Below the pieces are notes generated by a model. The model was not told the origin of the DNA. It made no database searches and saw only the letters and a list, made by a program, of their open reading frames with translations. The translations under genes were made by a program, and so were the position numbers. A DNA stretch of 64,000 bases, taken from NCBI GenBank assembly GCA_951406725.2, contig OX597823.1, positions 68,014,001 to 68,078,000 on the forward strand, read 5' to 3'. This stretch comes from Octopus vulgaris. Lineage: Eukaryota. This document shows positions 38,715-51,100 of this stretch, one piece after another; the stretch's first letter is position 1; each line of letters begins with the position of its first letter.

Positions 38715-39161
38715 GGTTTTAAATTTTGGCACAAAACCAGTAAGTTTTGTGGGGTAGTAAGTCAATTACATCAGCTCCAGTGCTCAACTGGTACTTATTT
38801 TATCGATCCTGAAAGACTCAAAAGCAAAATTGACCTTGGTGGAATTTGAACTAAGAATGTAAAGACAGATGAAATGCTGCTAAGCATTTCACTCAGCATG
38901 CTAATGATTCTTCCAGATCACCACCTTATATAATGTCTAATATTGAGTTCAAATGTTTGGTATAAGGCCAGCAATGTCGGGGGAGGGGTAAAAACCTGAT
39001 TACATCAAACCCAGTGCTCAACTGGTACATATTTTATTGACCCCAAAAGGATAAAAAGCAAAGTCGACCTTGGCTGAATTTGAACTCAGAACTTAGAGAC
39101 AGACGAAATGCTGCTAGGTATTTCACTCAGCATGCTAATCATTCTCTAAGCTCACTGCCTT
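38715..39161 (-). mobile_element. Two tandem SINE family A copies just downstream of the MAGUK exon donor
   Basis: Two cores; flanking 14-mer taatgtc(a/t)aatatt occurs at 38701, 38931 and 39166. Confidence 0.88.
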
Positions 39162-39240
39162 ATTTAATGTCTAATATTAAAACACAACCATAATTAAAAG
39201 ATTTTGTAGGCTAAAAAGAATATTATAAATAGCATCTTAC

Positions 39241-39372
39241 CAGAGGCTCTTCATTTTTAATAATCCTTACAATCTTGACAGGCTCTTCAGCATCACTAAC
39301 ATCATGTGACACAGAGAACATCCTTGGTTCATAGTCACGACAGGCCACCTTATCATGGGTGTAAAGGAGGGC
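39241..39372 (-). CDS. MPP7: Internal coding exon of a MAGUK p55-subfamily gene (MPP7/MPP3-like): end of L27C domain, linker and start of PDZ
   Basis: Minus strand reads tttttttttcttttag|GCCCTC...CCTCTG|gtaaga. The exon is 132 nt, phase 0/0, and translates to ALLYTHDKVACRDYEPRMFSVSHDVSDAEEPVKIVRIIKNEEPL. This matches my recollection of MPP7 '[38 protein letters not shown]'. The exact paralog is uncertain. Confidence 0.88.
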
Positions 39373-40130
39373 CTAAAAGAAAAAAAAATATTATATAAGA
39401 TGAACTTTGTAATTTCTGTTTCAAAGTTTAACTAAGTTTTAATATGGAGTAAAGTATCATTAGACATAAATTTTCTTTCTTGTTTGTAAAACAATAACAC
39501 CAAGACTGAAATCTGAAACTTGTATTACTTAATCAGCAAATTAATCACACAACAACTTTTATAACACAAGAAGCAGTAATTGTCCTCCTTACCACACAAA
39601 CACACACATTTAAAATTTCATCTACAAGATAGTTGTCTTCTGACAGATTATCTGCTATAGAATATTTAATGAGAGAAATACTTGAGCTAATCAAAGTTTC
39701 ATTAAGACAAATTTTTATTATGCTTAATTTCAAGTGTTTTATTATCAACTAGACCATTAAGTAATTAAATAACTTGGTAAATGTTTCTCATCAGGGCTAT
39801 AGTTATTTTGATTTTTAGAATTACTATGTGAAGGTAATTAGACTGACAGACCAGAACAAACAGAAGACCAAATTTAGATATAGAATATTGTGTTTTCGTT
39901 TTAGATAAATTTTAAAATCTTATCCATATCATTAAAAATTAATGAATATTCAAGATATATTGGTCATACATAAGGGTGTTTTGTTATAAGCTTTTTCATA
40001 CTCTAAACTTGTAACCCTTATGCACTAAGTAATCCATCCATCCATACACACAAACACACACGCAGATAAACATAAACATACACACACACACAAAAGAAAC
40101 AAATATATATATATGTACACACACACACAT

Positions 40131-40280
40131 CATCATCATCGTTTAACGCCCACTTTCCATGCTAGCATGGGTTGGAGAATTTGACTGAGGACTGGCGAAC
40201 CAGATGGCTGCACCAGGCTCCAATCTGATCTGGCAGAGTTTCTACAGCTGGATGCCCTTCCTAACGCCAACCACTCCAAG
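40131..40280 (-). mobile_element. Family C tail (inverted relative to its neighbour)
   Basis: Reverse complement of 40555-40700. Confidence 0.85.
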
Positions 40281-40299
40281 ACACACATATATATATGAT

Positions 40300-40710
40300 A
40301 GTACTGCCTGATTGGCACTCATGCCAGTGGAACGTTAAAAACACATCCGAGCATGATCGTTGGCAGGGCTGCGGATTGGCTCCCATGCCAGTGACACGTA
40401 AAAAGCACCATTCGAGCATGATCACTGCCAGCATTACCTTACAGGCACATGTGCCGGTGGCATCTGAAAAACAACATTCAAGCGTGGTCATTGCCAGTGC
40501 TGCCTGACTGGCCTTTGTGCCAGTGGCACGTAAAAACACCCACTACACTCCGGGAGTGGTGGTTGGCTTCAGAAAGGGCATCCAGCTGTAGAAACTTTGC
40601 CAGATCAGATTGGAGCCTGGTGCAGCCTTCTGGCTCGCCAATCCTCAGTCAAACTGTCCAACCCATGCCAGCATGGAAAGCGGACGATAAACGACAATGA
40701 TGATAATGAT
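40300..40710 (+). mobile_element. Family C element: about four hairpin units plus tail
   Basis: tgccagtggcacgtaaaaa(g)cacc units followed by aagggcatccagctgtagaaac...catgccagcatggaaagcggacg. Confidence 0.85.
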
Positions 40711-41574
40711 GGGATGTATATAATTACATAAATAATCTGAAATAGCAATAGCTATTAAAACCATAAAATTATGCAGTAAAACCATTTGATCATTTTCCTT
40801 GTATTTTTAGCTCTGCTCGGAAATTAAACTTTTATTGATATATACGTTATTTTACTTCATGGTTTATCAGTTTATCATAGTGCATATATTTTGTGAACTG
40901 CCTTATTTCCATTATTTCTTAGGGTTAAATATTATCAAGTAACTGAATGTTAAAATAAGAAAATCGTGATAAATTAAAAACACTCTGAAAATGTGAAACT
41001 TATTTTTTATGATGAGACATTTACACTTTACAGTGCTTTTAATATTACAGATTGAACAAAAAAATAATGATAATATTGATTAAATGTTCTTGTGATTGAG
41101 ATTATTAAGACGCTAGTGACATTGGAGGTATGAAAAATTTCACTAAACAAACAAAATTTTGAGGATAATTTAACAGATGTTATATAATAGAGGATAAAAC
41201 TGAGCATATCAACTAGAAAGTGTATATCCATGTAGTTAAGAATTCCACATCTCAGCATGGTTTTAGGTTCAATTCCACTACATAGCACCTTCAACATGTG
41301 CCTTCTCTTGCAACATGAGCTAATAAATGCATGTATGTGTGTGTGTGTGCATGTGATTGTATCTGTACAGACTGTTTACATTCTGTGATTCAAAAGGAAA
41401 AGCACTGAGCTCTAAGCAGTGAAATTTGTTGTCACTTCCCACCACCAAATAGTTTACTTGCTCTGTAATTTGAAGATCAATAAACTAAAAAATCCCTTAG
41501 CGATAGGAGGAGAATACTATCGTAAAACAATTCCTTGATGATAAGCAGTTGTCGAATACACTTTGGCATCGGAA

Positions 41575-42440
41575 AAGGGACATCATCCTTAACCTCTAAT
41601 GTGTATTTTTCATACTGGCATGGGTTGGACAGCTTGATAGGAGCTGGCAAGGAAAGGAGCCACACCACATTCCATAGTCTATTTTGGCTTGTGATCTACA
41701 GCTGGATGCCCTTCCTAACGCCAACCACTTTACAGAGGGTATTGGGTGCTTTTATGTGGAATCATCTCCAGTGCTTTTTACCACATAAAAATGAATATAT
41801 TGTCTTCTTGCCTCCAGATTAAAAATAAACAAAAAAGAACACATTGACTTTGCTCTCATAGCATCTAGATACTAAACTGCCATGCCTTTAGCCACTGCTC
41901 TCTCACTTCTGCTATAATCCATTCTTAAGACATCTCTTATTTGTTACCATTCTGAATGGCCTCTCATATCTAACATCATGCCCCACTTATTATAGCCTCA
42001 TTATGTTCCTCTACATTTCCCTATCCACTGCTTCTACACCTTGCACATCCTCCAGCTACTTTCTCATCTATTCTTCTTCCTGGGCCACTCCTATATCTCT
42101 CACCTTACCATATGTTCATACTAATACTTCCCTTTAATTGTACTTCCACTCATGTTCAGTACTCACTATATTCACTTCTACCCTCATTTTTAACCATCAA
42201 TTATGCCCCTCATACTGACGCAAATATCCACTCTCTCATTCTTTCCATTGACCCACTTTCTATGTGCTCTCTTATGCTCACCTTGTACCTTGAGTGTTTG
42301 CTCTAGAATGCCATCACTGGCTTTTTGCTCCTTCAGCCATACGTCTTCTCTAGAGCAAGACATCTATGCTTGTCACTCTATCATACTTTATAACCTTTCT
42401 ACACCTGGGATAAAACCACCTACCTCCACCTTTCCCATTC
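41575..42440 (-). mobile_element. Family C tail plus degenerate RTE LINE fragment
   Basis: Contains tacagctggatgcccttcctaacgccaacc; 41840-42440 is reverse-similar to the RTE C-terminal region. Confidence 0.6.
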
Positions 42441-42650
42441 AGTAGTGGGAGCTTTTTCTTTTTAACCTATTCTTTATTTGTCTTGTAAGTTACATGTAAC
42501 TTTAAAGGTGCTGGTGGCAGGAAGAAAAGCACCAGTATACACTGTAAAGTGGTTGGTATTAGGAAGGGCATACAACCACAGAAACCATTTCAAAGCTGAC
42601 ATTGCAGCTTAACAAGTCTTTGCAGCAGTCAAAGCATGGAAAACAGACAA

Positions 42651-42871
42651 CCCTTTTGTTACCAACCCGGCCAAAACTGGCTCTGGCTCTGTAGTATAAA
42701 TGTCTTGTTTTCATAAGTTTTTCATTAAAATATACCACCAAACCTTAGTCGCAATTTATGATCCTAACACTAGCTTAATGATAACTAAGTTATTTTACTA
42801 AATTCTTTGTTATATTTAAAATAATTGAAAGAAGCACAGAGCACCTCAAAATGAATACGGTAACGAAAGCG
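42651..42871. mobile_element. piggyBac-type MITE inserted in a family C tail
   Basis: TIRs cccttttgttacc / ggtaacgaaagcg followed by ttaa. It interrupts gcatggaaaacagac..ttaaatgatgatg of the host tail (42505-42890). Confidence 0.75.
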
Positions 42872-42957
42872 TTAAATGATGATGATGATAATATATATGG
42901 ATATATATTTATATGCATCTCTCTCTCTCTCTATATATATATAAATATATGTATGTG

Positions 42958-42988
<31 letters not shown>

Positions 42989-42991
42989 ATA

Positions 42992-43045
<54 letters not shown>

Positions 43046-43101
43046 TCTATATATATAAATACTTATATGTGAATACACACACACACACATATATGTATAC
43101 A

Positions 43102-43137
<36 letters not shown>

Positions 43138-43184
43138 TATATATGCATACATACACATGTTATATATTTATTTATGAAATATAA

Positions 43185-43315
43185 TCAATTAACAGATTGA
43201 CAGGCAGTTGTTAACAGAATCAAAGCGTTTATAAAATAGTTACACAGAAGTGTCTTCTACTATAAGACCAAAACCTTGTTAGTGGATCTGGTAGATGGAA
43301 ACTGAAAGAAGCCCG

Positions 43316-43367
<52 letters not shown>

Positions 43368-43840
43368 TCATGAGTCTGTGTTTGTCCCTCCACCATCGCT
43401 TGACAACAGATGATGTTATATTTTTGTCCCCCATAACTTAGCAGTTCAGCAAAAGCGACCAATAGAATAAGTACTAGGCTTACAAAGAATAAGTCCTGGG
43501 TTCAATTTGTTCGACTAAAAGTGTTGCTCCAGCATGGGTGCAATCAAATGACTGAAACAAGTAAAAGAATAACGTGTGTGTAAATATAATGAAGCAGGAA
43601 ATCAGGAAAATCCGGAAAGTGAAAATTTATAGCAATTCTTCATAGATAAGCAGATATCTGGAAAGTTCATGATATCAAAAATATCACAGATATCTTCCTA
43701 TCTATGAAGAAATATGACGGACTTTTGCTTTCCGGATTTTCCTGCTTATCTGCTTAATTATTTTTAATATTCAATTCTGTATAACTATTTCATAAACACT
43801 TTGATGCCATTAACATTGCTTGTCCATCTTTTTAATTTAT
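43185..43840. mobile_element. Foldback (palindromic) element interrupted by a SINE family B insertion (43249-43572)
   Basis: Inner arms 43590-43660 / 43687-43757 and outer arms 43187-43249 / 43775-43836 are reverse complements; a second core copy lies at about 48413-48503. Confidence 0.75.
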
Positions 43841-45102
43841 CACTCTTTCATTAGTTCGACTGGTACATTGCCTGTAGCCAACTCTTGTTTACCTGGATGC
43901 TTTCTCCAATTGATATTGAATTTTAGGTGTCTGACCCAGTCTGAGCACTAATTGTCTGTGTCTCTAACATGTCTTTTTGATATATTCTTCCCCTTTGTGT
44001 TTGTGTGTATGTATTTATTATATATTATACATTTATACTATATATATTAAATATTATTTAATGGTATATATGATATATATCTATATCTATCTATATGTAC
44101 ACACATACATATATGTGTGTGTGTATTAATTATATATTATACATTTTTACTACATAACATATATATATGTTAAATATTATATGATATATATGTATATCTA
44201 TCTGTACATACACACATACATGCATGTGTATGTGTGTGCATATACATACATACACACACACACACACATAAGAGGACAAATGAAAGAAAAGGTACTCAAC
44301 ACATTTTGTAGGAGTTACTTAAATTATTATTAAAAGCAGTTTGATTCGGCTCCATATGACTTAAGGTTCTGCAGTCCTCTTTACAAAAACCTGGCCTGTT
44401 CAGGCTTAGATAACTGGTTATCATTCAGATGTGATTAGTGATGGTTGCACTGATGATCAAATCCTTATCATTGGCCTCTTATTTGAAACACTAAGTATTA
44501 ACATAACCTGCTAGTTATAATCCTGATCAAAGATTTGCATGAATAAATTACTGGTTATGCTTAAACCAAAACAATGAAAGCTTCTAGACTTAAAGTCACT
44601 CAAGTGCTTATCAATATTCAAGTATATAACAGCCTAGAAAACTCACAATTTGAAACAAAACTCCAGCTAGATGGGCTGATGTTGGCATTAACTAAGAGCT
44701 GTGCTTCAAACACGTTGCACTTATTTTGATTTTGTGGCAAACTTGTGACTTCTTCAAAATATCTAATTTACTTAATCATTATACGATGTTGTAGTTTACA
44801 TGACATTTTGTTATAAAAGTACAGATGTAAGTGATTGCTGAAAGCCACCTAACAATGCAGAGTATAGAAGAAGAAAATAAAATCTTATACATTATTTCAG
44901 CTTTAACAAGCTCTAACTCAAAATGAAACTATAATGTTAAACAACACCAACATAGACATGATATATATACAGAAATGCAAAATGGAGTGGGAACGAGTGG
45001 GATGTGCTACTCTAATCATAAAAAGAAATCTCTGATAGTCTAGAAGATTGTGGTAATTGTTAAATTAAGGTTGTAAGCATCTAATGAGTGTATAGTGTGT
45101 TA

Positions 45103-45143
<41 letters not shown>

Positions 45144-45589
45144 CACACAAACACGTACATATCTTCTCTAATATGTATTGCTGATTTTATCAAAGGCATT
45201 GAAAGAAATTTGACTTGTTTTCTGGCAGCATTCTAGATGTCTGTTAACAAACAAACCTAATTTACATGTTCCTGTAATGTTTAATGGACAGATGATATTG
45301 TTTATGATAATTTCCTAATATCAAATGAATTCACTCCATTAGTATTTGCAGATACTTCCAATGGAGATGTTAGCAAGTGTGCCAATTCTGTAAATAATAG
45401 AAGTACACACACATGCATGTGCACACACACACACACACATACACCAAGAAGGGCATATCAAAGATGCCTCTTAATCTTTTGCATACTCATTGTTTGTTCT
45501 AGGAAAAAAAAACCTTCAAATATTTCTACTTGTTTCCTACTTTTATATATATATAAATCTCAGTCAAGGTAACTCTCAAGATGGCTCTG

Positions 45590-45710
45590 TGATTTCATAC
45601 TTCCTTTCATTAATTGTCATTGTGGCCTCTGCCATGTTGATCTTTATACCTTTAGAGTTTAGACCAAACTTCCAAGTTTGAAACTTATTCAGCAACTCAT
45701 TGACTGCTGT
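45590..45710 (-). mobile_element. RTE RT fragment
   Basis: VNELLNKFQTWKFGLNSKGIKINMAE resembles ELQKKFQVWKQGLELKGLR of the RTE at about 25240. Confidence 0.65.
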
Positions 45711-47010
45711 TGAAAATTAGGTTTCACAGCATTCACAGCATATGAAATTTCCAAAGGCAAGTCAGTCCCAAGCTCTTATTTGATTCAATACACAAGTGAA
45801 GCTGTAAAAGTTCACACAAATCTCTTCTTATATTTCATGAAAACATCTTACATAAAAATAGTACAGGTTTAGGCATAAATATGAAGAAAGCTAGAGAAAA
45901 CAATAAAACACTGTAATTCTCAATGAATAAGCTATAGAGAATATTCATAATTGAATGTTATTTTATTTAAATATTGTTTATTATTTTTGACTTGGGACCC
46001 TTTTCTCTGAAGAATTGCAATTCTACTTTCTGATATCACACAGTTTAATGTAAATAAAATGTATGATGTGTCATCTTTTTGAAAAGTAGGAAAAAATAAG
46101 AACATTTACCCTTTTGCTATTTTTTGACTGATGTACATGCTGATTAAAAAACACTTAAATTAATGGAGAAATACACTTTCTTTTTATTTTTATGTCAACA
46201 AAATTTGTTGGAAATGCTTAGATTTAAAATTTTATTTCTCTTTCATAATTCAGAGAAGAAAACTACATAAAATAAAAAGCAAAATTATAATAGGCCATGA
46301 CAAGTAATATATGAGTTATTTACAATGAAGAAGTGGAAATATCATATGAATTCATTGCGCTTTGACAACTAAACTCACAATATATTTTTCCTTTCATTAC
46401 TGTCAATATTTTTAACAAGCTAAGCTATATTTAAAGAATAAATATCTGAGTGATGCTGTCAGTATGAAAAACAACAGATGTGTTAGTGTTAACATAGTCA
46501 ATGTAAGGAACAATAAGTAACTAGCTAAAAACAGTTATACAGTGAGGTAGAATACAATATTAGAAAACAATGCAATATTTGTCAACGGCAAATATTAATT
46601 TAATTATTTCTGCAAGAACAAGAGGTGACTCCAAATAAGATCTGGTCTTATTATGACCTCATCAGCAAAGCAGACTTTACCAAGCATACTGAAGAATTAA
46701 TAAGTGAATCATTAAGTAAATGTAGATCAAATCAACAGGAACACACATTGCCATAATTGGCAGAGTGCCAGGTTAGGGCATTTATAACTTATTAATTTGT
46801 TTGTTGAATGTCTAAAATCTGTTTTGCTATTGAGTCTTTAATTTCCTCTTTTACATATTTAACTGTCAGGTAAATAGTGTAAGAGATATCAAATAAATTG
46901 TAAAGGACAAAGGGAAGGTGACTGACTTATTCTACTGATAATGATATACAATCTTAATATTTGCTCCCAAAATGAAAATGGATTTTAACTATTTTGCCCA
47001 GTATGACATA

Positions 47011-47245
47011 CTCTTTTACTTGTTTCAGTCATTTGACTGTGGCCATGCTGGAGCACCACCTTTAGTGAAGCAAATCGACCCCAGGACTCATTCTCTGTAA
47101 GCCTGGTACTTATTCTATTGGTCTCTTTTGTCGAACCACTAAGTTACAGTGACGTAAACACACCAACATTGGTTGTCAAGTGATGTTGGGAGGACAAACA
47201 TAGACACGCAAACATATACATACATACATACATACATACATATAC

Positions 47246-47288
<43 letters not shown>

Positions 47289-48100
47289 TATGATGGGCTT
47301 CTTTCAGTTTCCACCTACCAAATCCACTCACAAGGCTTTGGTCGCCCGAGGCTATAGTAGGAGACACTTGCTCAAGGTGCCACACAGTGGGACTGAACCT
47401 AGAACCATGTGGTTTGTAAGCAAGCTATCTTTTCTCTTATATTTTACTTGTTTCATACATTGGACTATGACCATGCTGAGGCATTGCTTTGAAGGCTTTT
47501 AGCTGAACAAATCAATCACAATACTATTATTTTCTTAGCCTTGTGCTTTTTCTACTGGTCTCTTTTTACTGAACTATTAACTAACATGGTTATAAATAAG
47601 CCAACACAAGTTGTCAAGCAGTGATGGTGATGGGGCAAACACACACACATATATATATCTGTATATATAGCTTCTTTTAGTTTCTGTCTACCAGATCCAT
47701 TTACAAGGCTTTGGCTGTCATGATCTATAATAGAAAACACTTGCCCAAAATGCCATGCAGTGGAACTGAACCCAGGAACATATGGTTGGGAAGCAAATTT
47801 CTTACCACACTGTCAGAAAAAATTCTAGTTTTATCAAAGCATTTATAAAATATCTGTTGATAACTGTTTGGTTCAGAGGTTTGCATAGAAACCTGAAAAA
47901 ATGTCTTGTACAATGCCCTAGTGATGGACAAAGCCTTGTGACTGGATTTGATAGTCAGAAACTGAAAGAAACCCTGTGCACTGTGTGTGCATGTGTGTGA
48001 GTTTATGTGCATGTTTGTGTGTACCCTTGTTTTAACATCTCATGAAGGTTGTGAACAAGTAACACTTGCCATACAAGCAACATTCATTTCCAGTCTGATA
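47011..48100. mobile_element. Cluster of three SINE family B copies (two minus, one plus)
   Basis: 47011-47425 (-, well preserved), 47430-47812 (-) and 47865-48100 (+, degenerate). Confidence 0.85.
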
Positions 48101-51100
48101 TAAGATATTTACTTGAGCAGAAATGGAAAAGGACACTAATATGATGATAATTATGACAATGATTTATGTCTATACCTACTACAAAAACTATAGATTATGT
48201 TTATTCTCTACTCAAAATGGCTAGACAAAGAAGTACCTTTTGTGTTCTGTTGTGCTCAATATAAACAATGTAGAAAAGGGGTTAAAACAAAGTTAAACAG
48301 ATTCATTGGTCAATCAAATTTAAATTTGGAAGCTGCTAATAAATTCTTTTTAACTTTGGTTTAAAAACACTGAAAACAAAATTTCATAGCAATACTAAAT
48401 TGAAAATTCATAATAGTTCTTCATAAATAGGTAGATATCTGGAAAGTACATAATCTAATATCATAAATATCACAGATATCTTCTTATCTATGAAGTACTA
48501 CTATTAACAATACTAATACAAAATTTATGAATATATGATTTCACATGCTGAAAGCTGTAATGCACAATGAACTTAAATACAAAGAGGAAAATATAACATC
48601 TAGCCATGCCTGGCTGACTCTGAATAGTGGCTAATTTATATATATATATATATATATATTTATCTTTTCCTTGTTTCAGACATTAGACTGAAGCCGTGCT
48701 GGGGTACTGCTTTCAAGAATTTTTAATTGAATGAATCGACACCAGTATTTTTTTTTTTTTAAGTTTGGTAATTTTTCTCTCAGGCACTTTTTGCTGAGCC
48801 ACTAAGTAATGGGGACATAAACACATGAGATATATTAAGTGTTAACACCACAAAGTCTGCATCAGTTATCACACATTAGTGTGTTTCCTGCATCTCTGTC
48901 CCTTTTGGGCATCAGACGTTTGGTTGCTATTTCATGTTCCTGGATTGCAAATACATACCTTTCAAAGTGAGAGTTAGTAATCCAGCTGTTGCATTTATGC
49001 ATATGATGAAGAGTACCAATGGCTTCAGTACCTAAAAATGCAGTAGGCATTTTATATTTTCTTATTGGAACTACAGTATATCTTTGGTTAAAACAACTTT
49101 CAAATTACTAAGCCTATCTAGAAGTAAATAAATAAATGTCTCATGTTAGCAGCCTCACACTGTTCTATGCTCAGTAATGAACCAGTTGAAAATTTAACAG
49201 CTGATTCATTAGCTTGCAGCACTGAGCTCAGTTTCTTCACTCTCCCTCCCTTTTTGTTTTGTAGATGAGAAGAGGGATGCCTACAGAATGTCATCTGGTT
49301 CACGCTCTCATACTACAATTATGCAATTATCAGAAAGCTTAGTAACTAGATTAGGATTTTAGTTTGATGGTTGATGTACAACAGCTCCATTGCACATGAA
49401 ATTTATTATAAACATCTGCTCTCCATTAGCCACATGGGACAGTTACTATAAATGATGAGTATAAAGAGAACATTACACTCTGTAAAAGGGCTGAAATATT
49501 ACCTTTCAGTGTTCCAGACCCAAGCTTATGGAATAAAAATCTGAAACACTGTCATGGTAAACTATAAGCTCAAAAGCTGCTGAAATATTATATAATCTAG
49601 TAAATGTCAAGTTAAAGACAGTAAATGACAATAATGATTTTACATCATATTATGCCTGAGTCAGGAAGATTAAAAAGATTTACCAGAATATATGAATTAT
49701 TTCATTATATGTATATGGTGCAGTGCATAATTCAATTCAGCTGCTTTTAGCAATGTAATGTTACGCATTTTCTATGTAATATAATTTTCTATGGTGTAAG
49801 TGCTTGGGTAAGAGAATATCTGACTAGACAGACAGCATGTGACATGACTTTAATGAGAATTAAAATCTTTAGAAGTTTAATTACTAATTATGTGCTTTCT
49901 AATTTGCATTTTAACTCAGAAAATCAAATCTTGAAATTAAAATTAAGTGCGTTTAAATACACAAAATGAATTGTTTCCCATGCTGTGATGCGTAATATGT
50001 AAAAGTGATATAATGTTATATAATTAATAAATAATTCTTTAACCAACTAAGATCACTGCTACATTAAAATATGAAAGTTTAAGTCAGTAATGAATTCTGC
50101 TTTGGAATATTAAATAGAATACATTAGAAAACGACCAAAAATATTCTTTAAGAAGCTTTCAACTACAGTTGCTTTGTTACTTTATAATAGTAACTCTGAT
50201 GAATCTATTCAGTGAATTTTATTTAAGATTTTATTTGAATGAGAACCGTAGTTGGTTATATAAAGTAGCAAGTAATTACTTCTTGCAATAACTGTATTTA
50301 AATTTTAGAGAATGGATTGAAAGATGAATAAATAAAGATTGCCATCTTAAGTAACATATATATATATACGTACTCAAAAATAACATAACTTGATGCAAAA
50401 TTCTAGAGATTGATAGGTGATGTAATATTTTAAAATTTAATGAGAATAACAAGATTGCATTTGGTCAATCTTCTATTCAGAATGCATACATGTCTTAACT
50501 GTTCCTTTATTTCATATAATTGACAGATTGCCCATTACCATGGAAACATCTTCATCAAATAAAGCAACCCCTTTCCAAAGTTTCATGTTAATTATTTCAA
50601 ATTATTTTAATTAGTTGTTAAGAATCAACACTGCTATTTACATCTTGTAAACATTATTCTATAACAAATATAACAAATTTTATAGCTAGTGCAATATTTT
50701 CAGATTTAATTAGCACAACATAATTGTATTTAGCGTACTTTCTATTCCAACTTGAATATAATGTAGGTAGCTTATTTTATCCAAGAAGAACTGGAAACTA
50801 TTCTCTAGTTTGGTAAAACTAAGTCAAGCAGAATTCATTGTTCTGTCCAGGTGCTCAGTGAAACACCTGATAAGATATAGTCTAACAAACTCTGAGCTAG
50901 TAGTTTAAAATATTATTCAATTAGTCATTTTACTAAAAATTGATATAATATTACCAGGTAATTAATGATCATTTTAATATTTCAGATCTAATTAGTCATA
51001 AAAGTTCACATTGATAATGTGCAAACACCTCATTCGTCAGCTGGAATGGAACACAAATCTATTCTGGAGTAAATAAACAGATATTTTAATTGATTACATG

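Noticed and set aside
45590-45710. Apparent minus-strand exon after ttttcaacag
   Set aside because: The peptide matches the RTE RT region rather than a host protein.
48959-49031. 73-nt minus-strand segment with AG/GT boundaries
   Set aside because: The frame needed to join the 39372 exon contains stops, and the other frames do not resemble L27. It could be non-coding, but I cannot support that.
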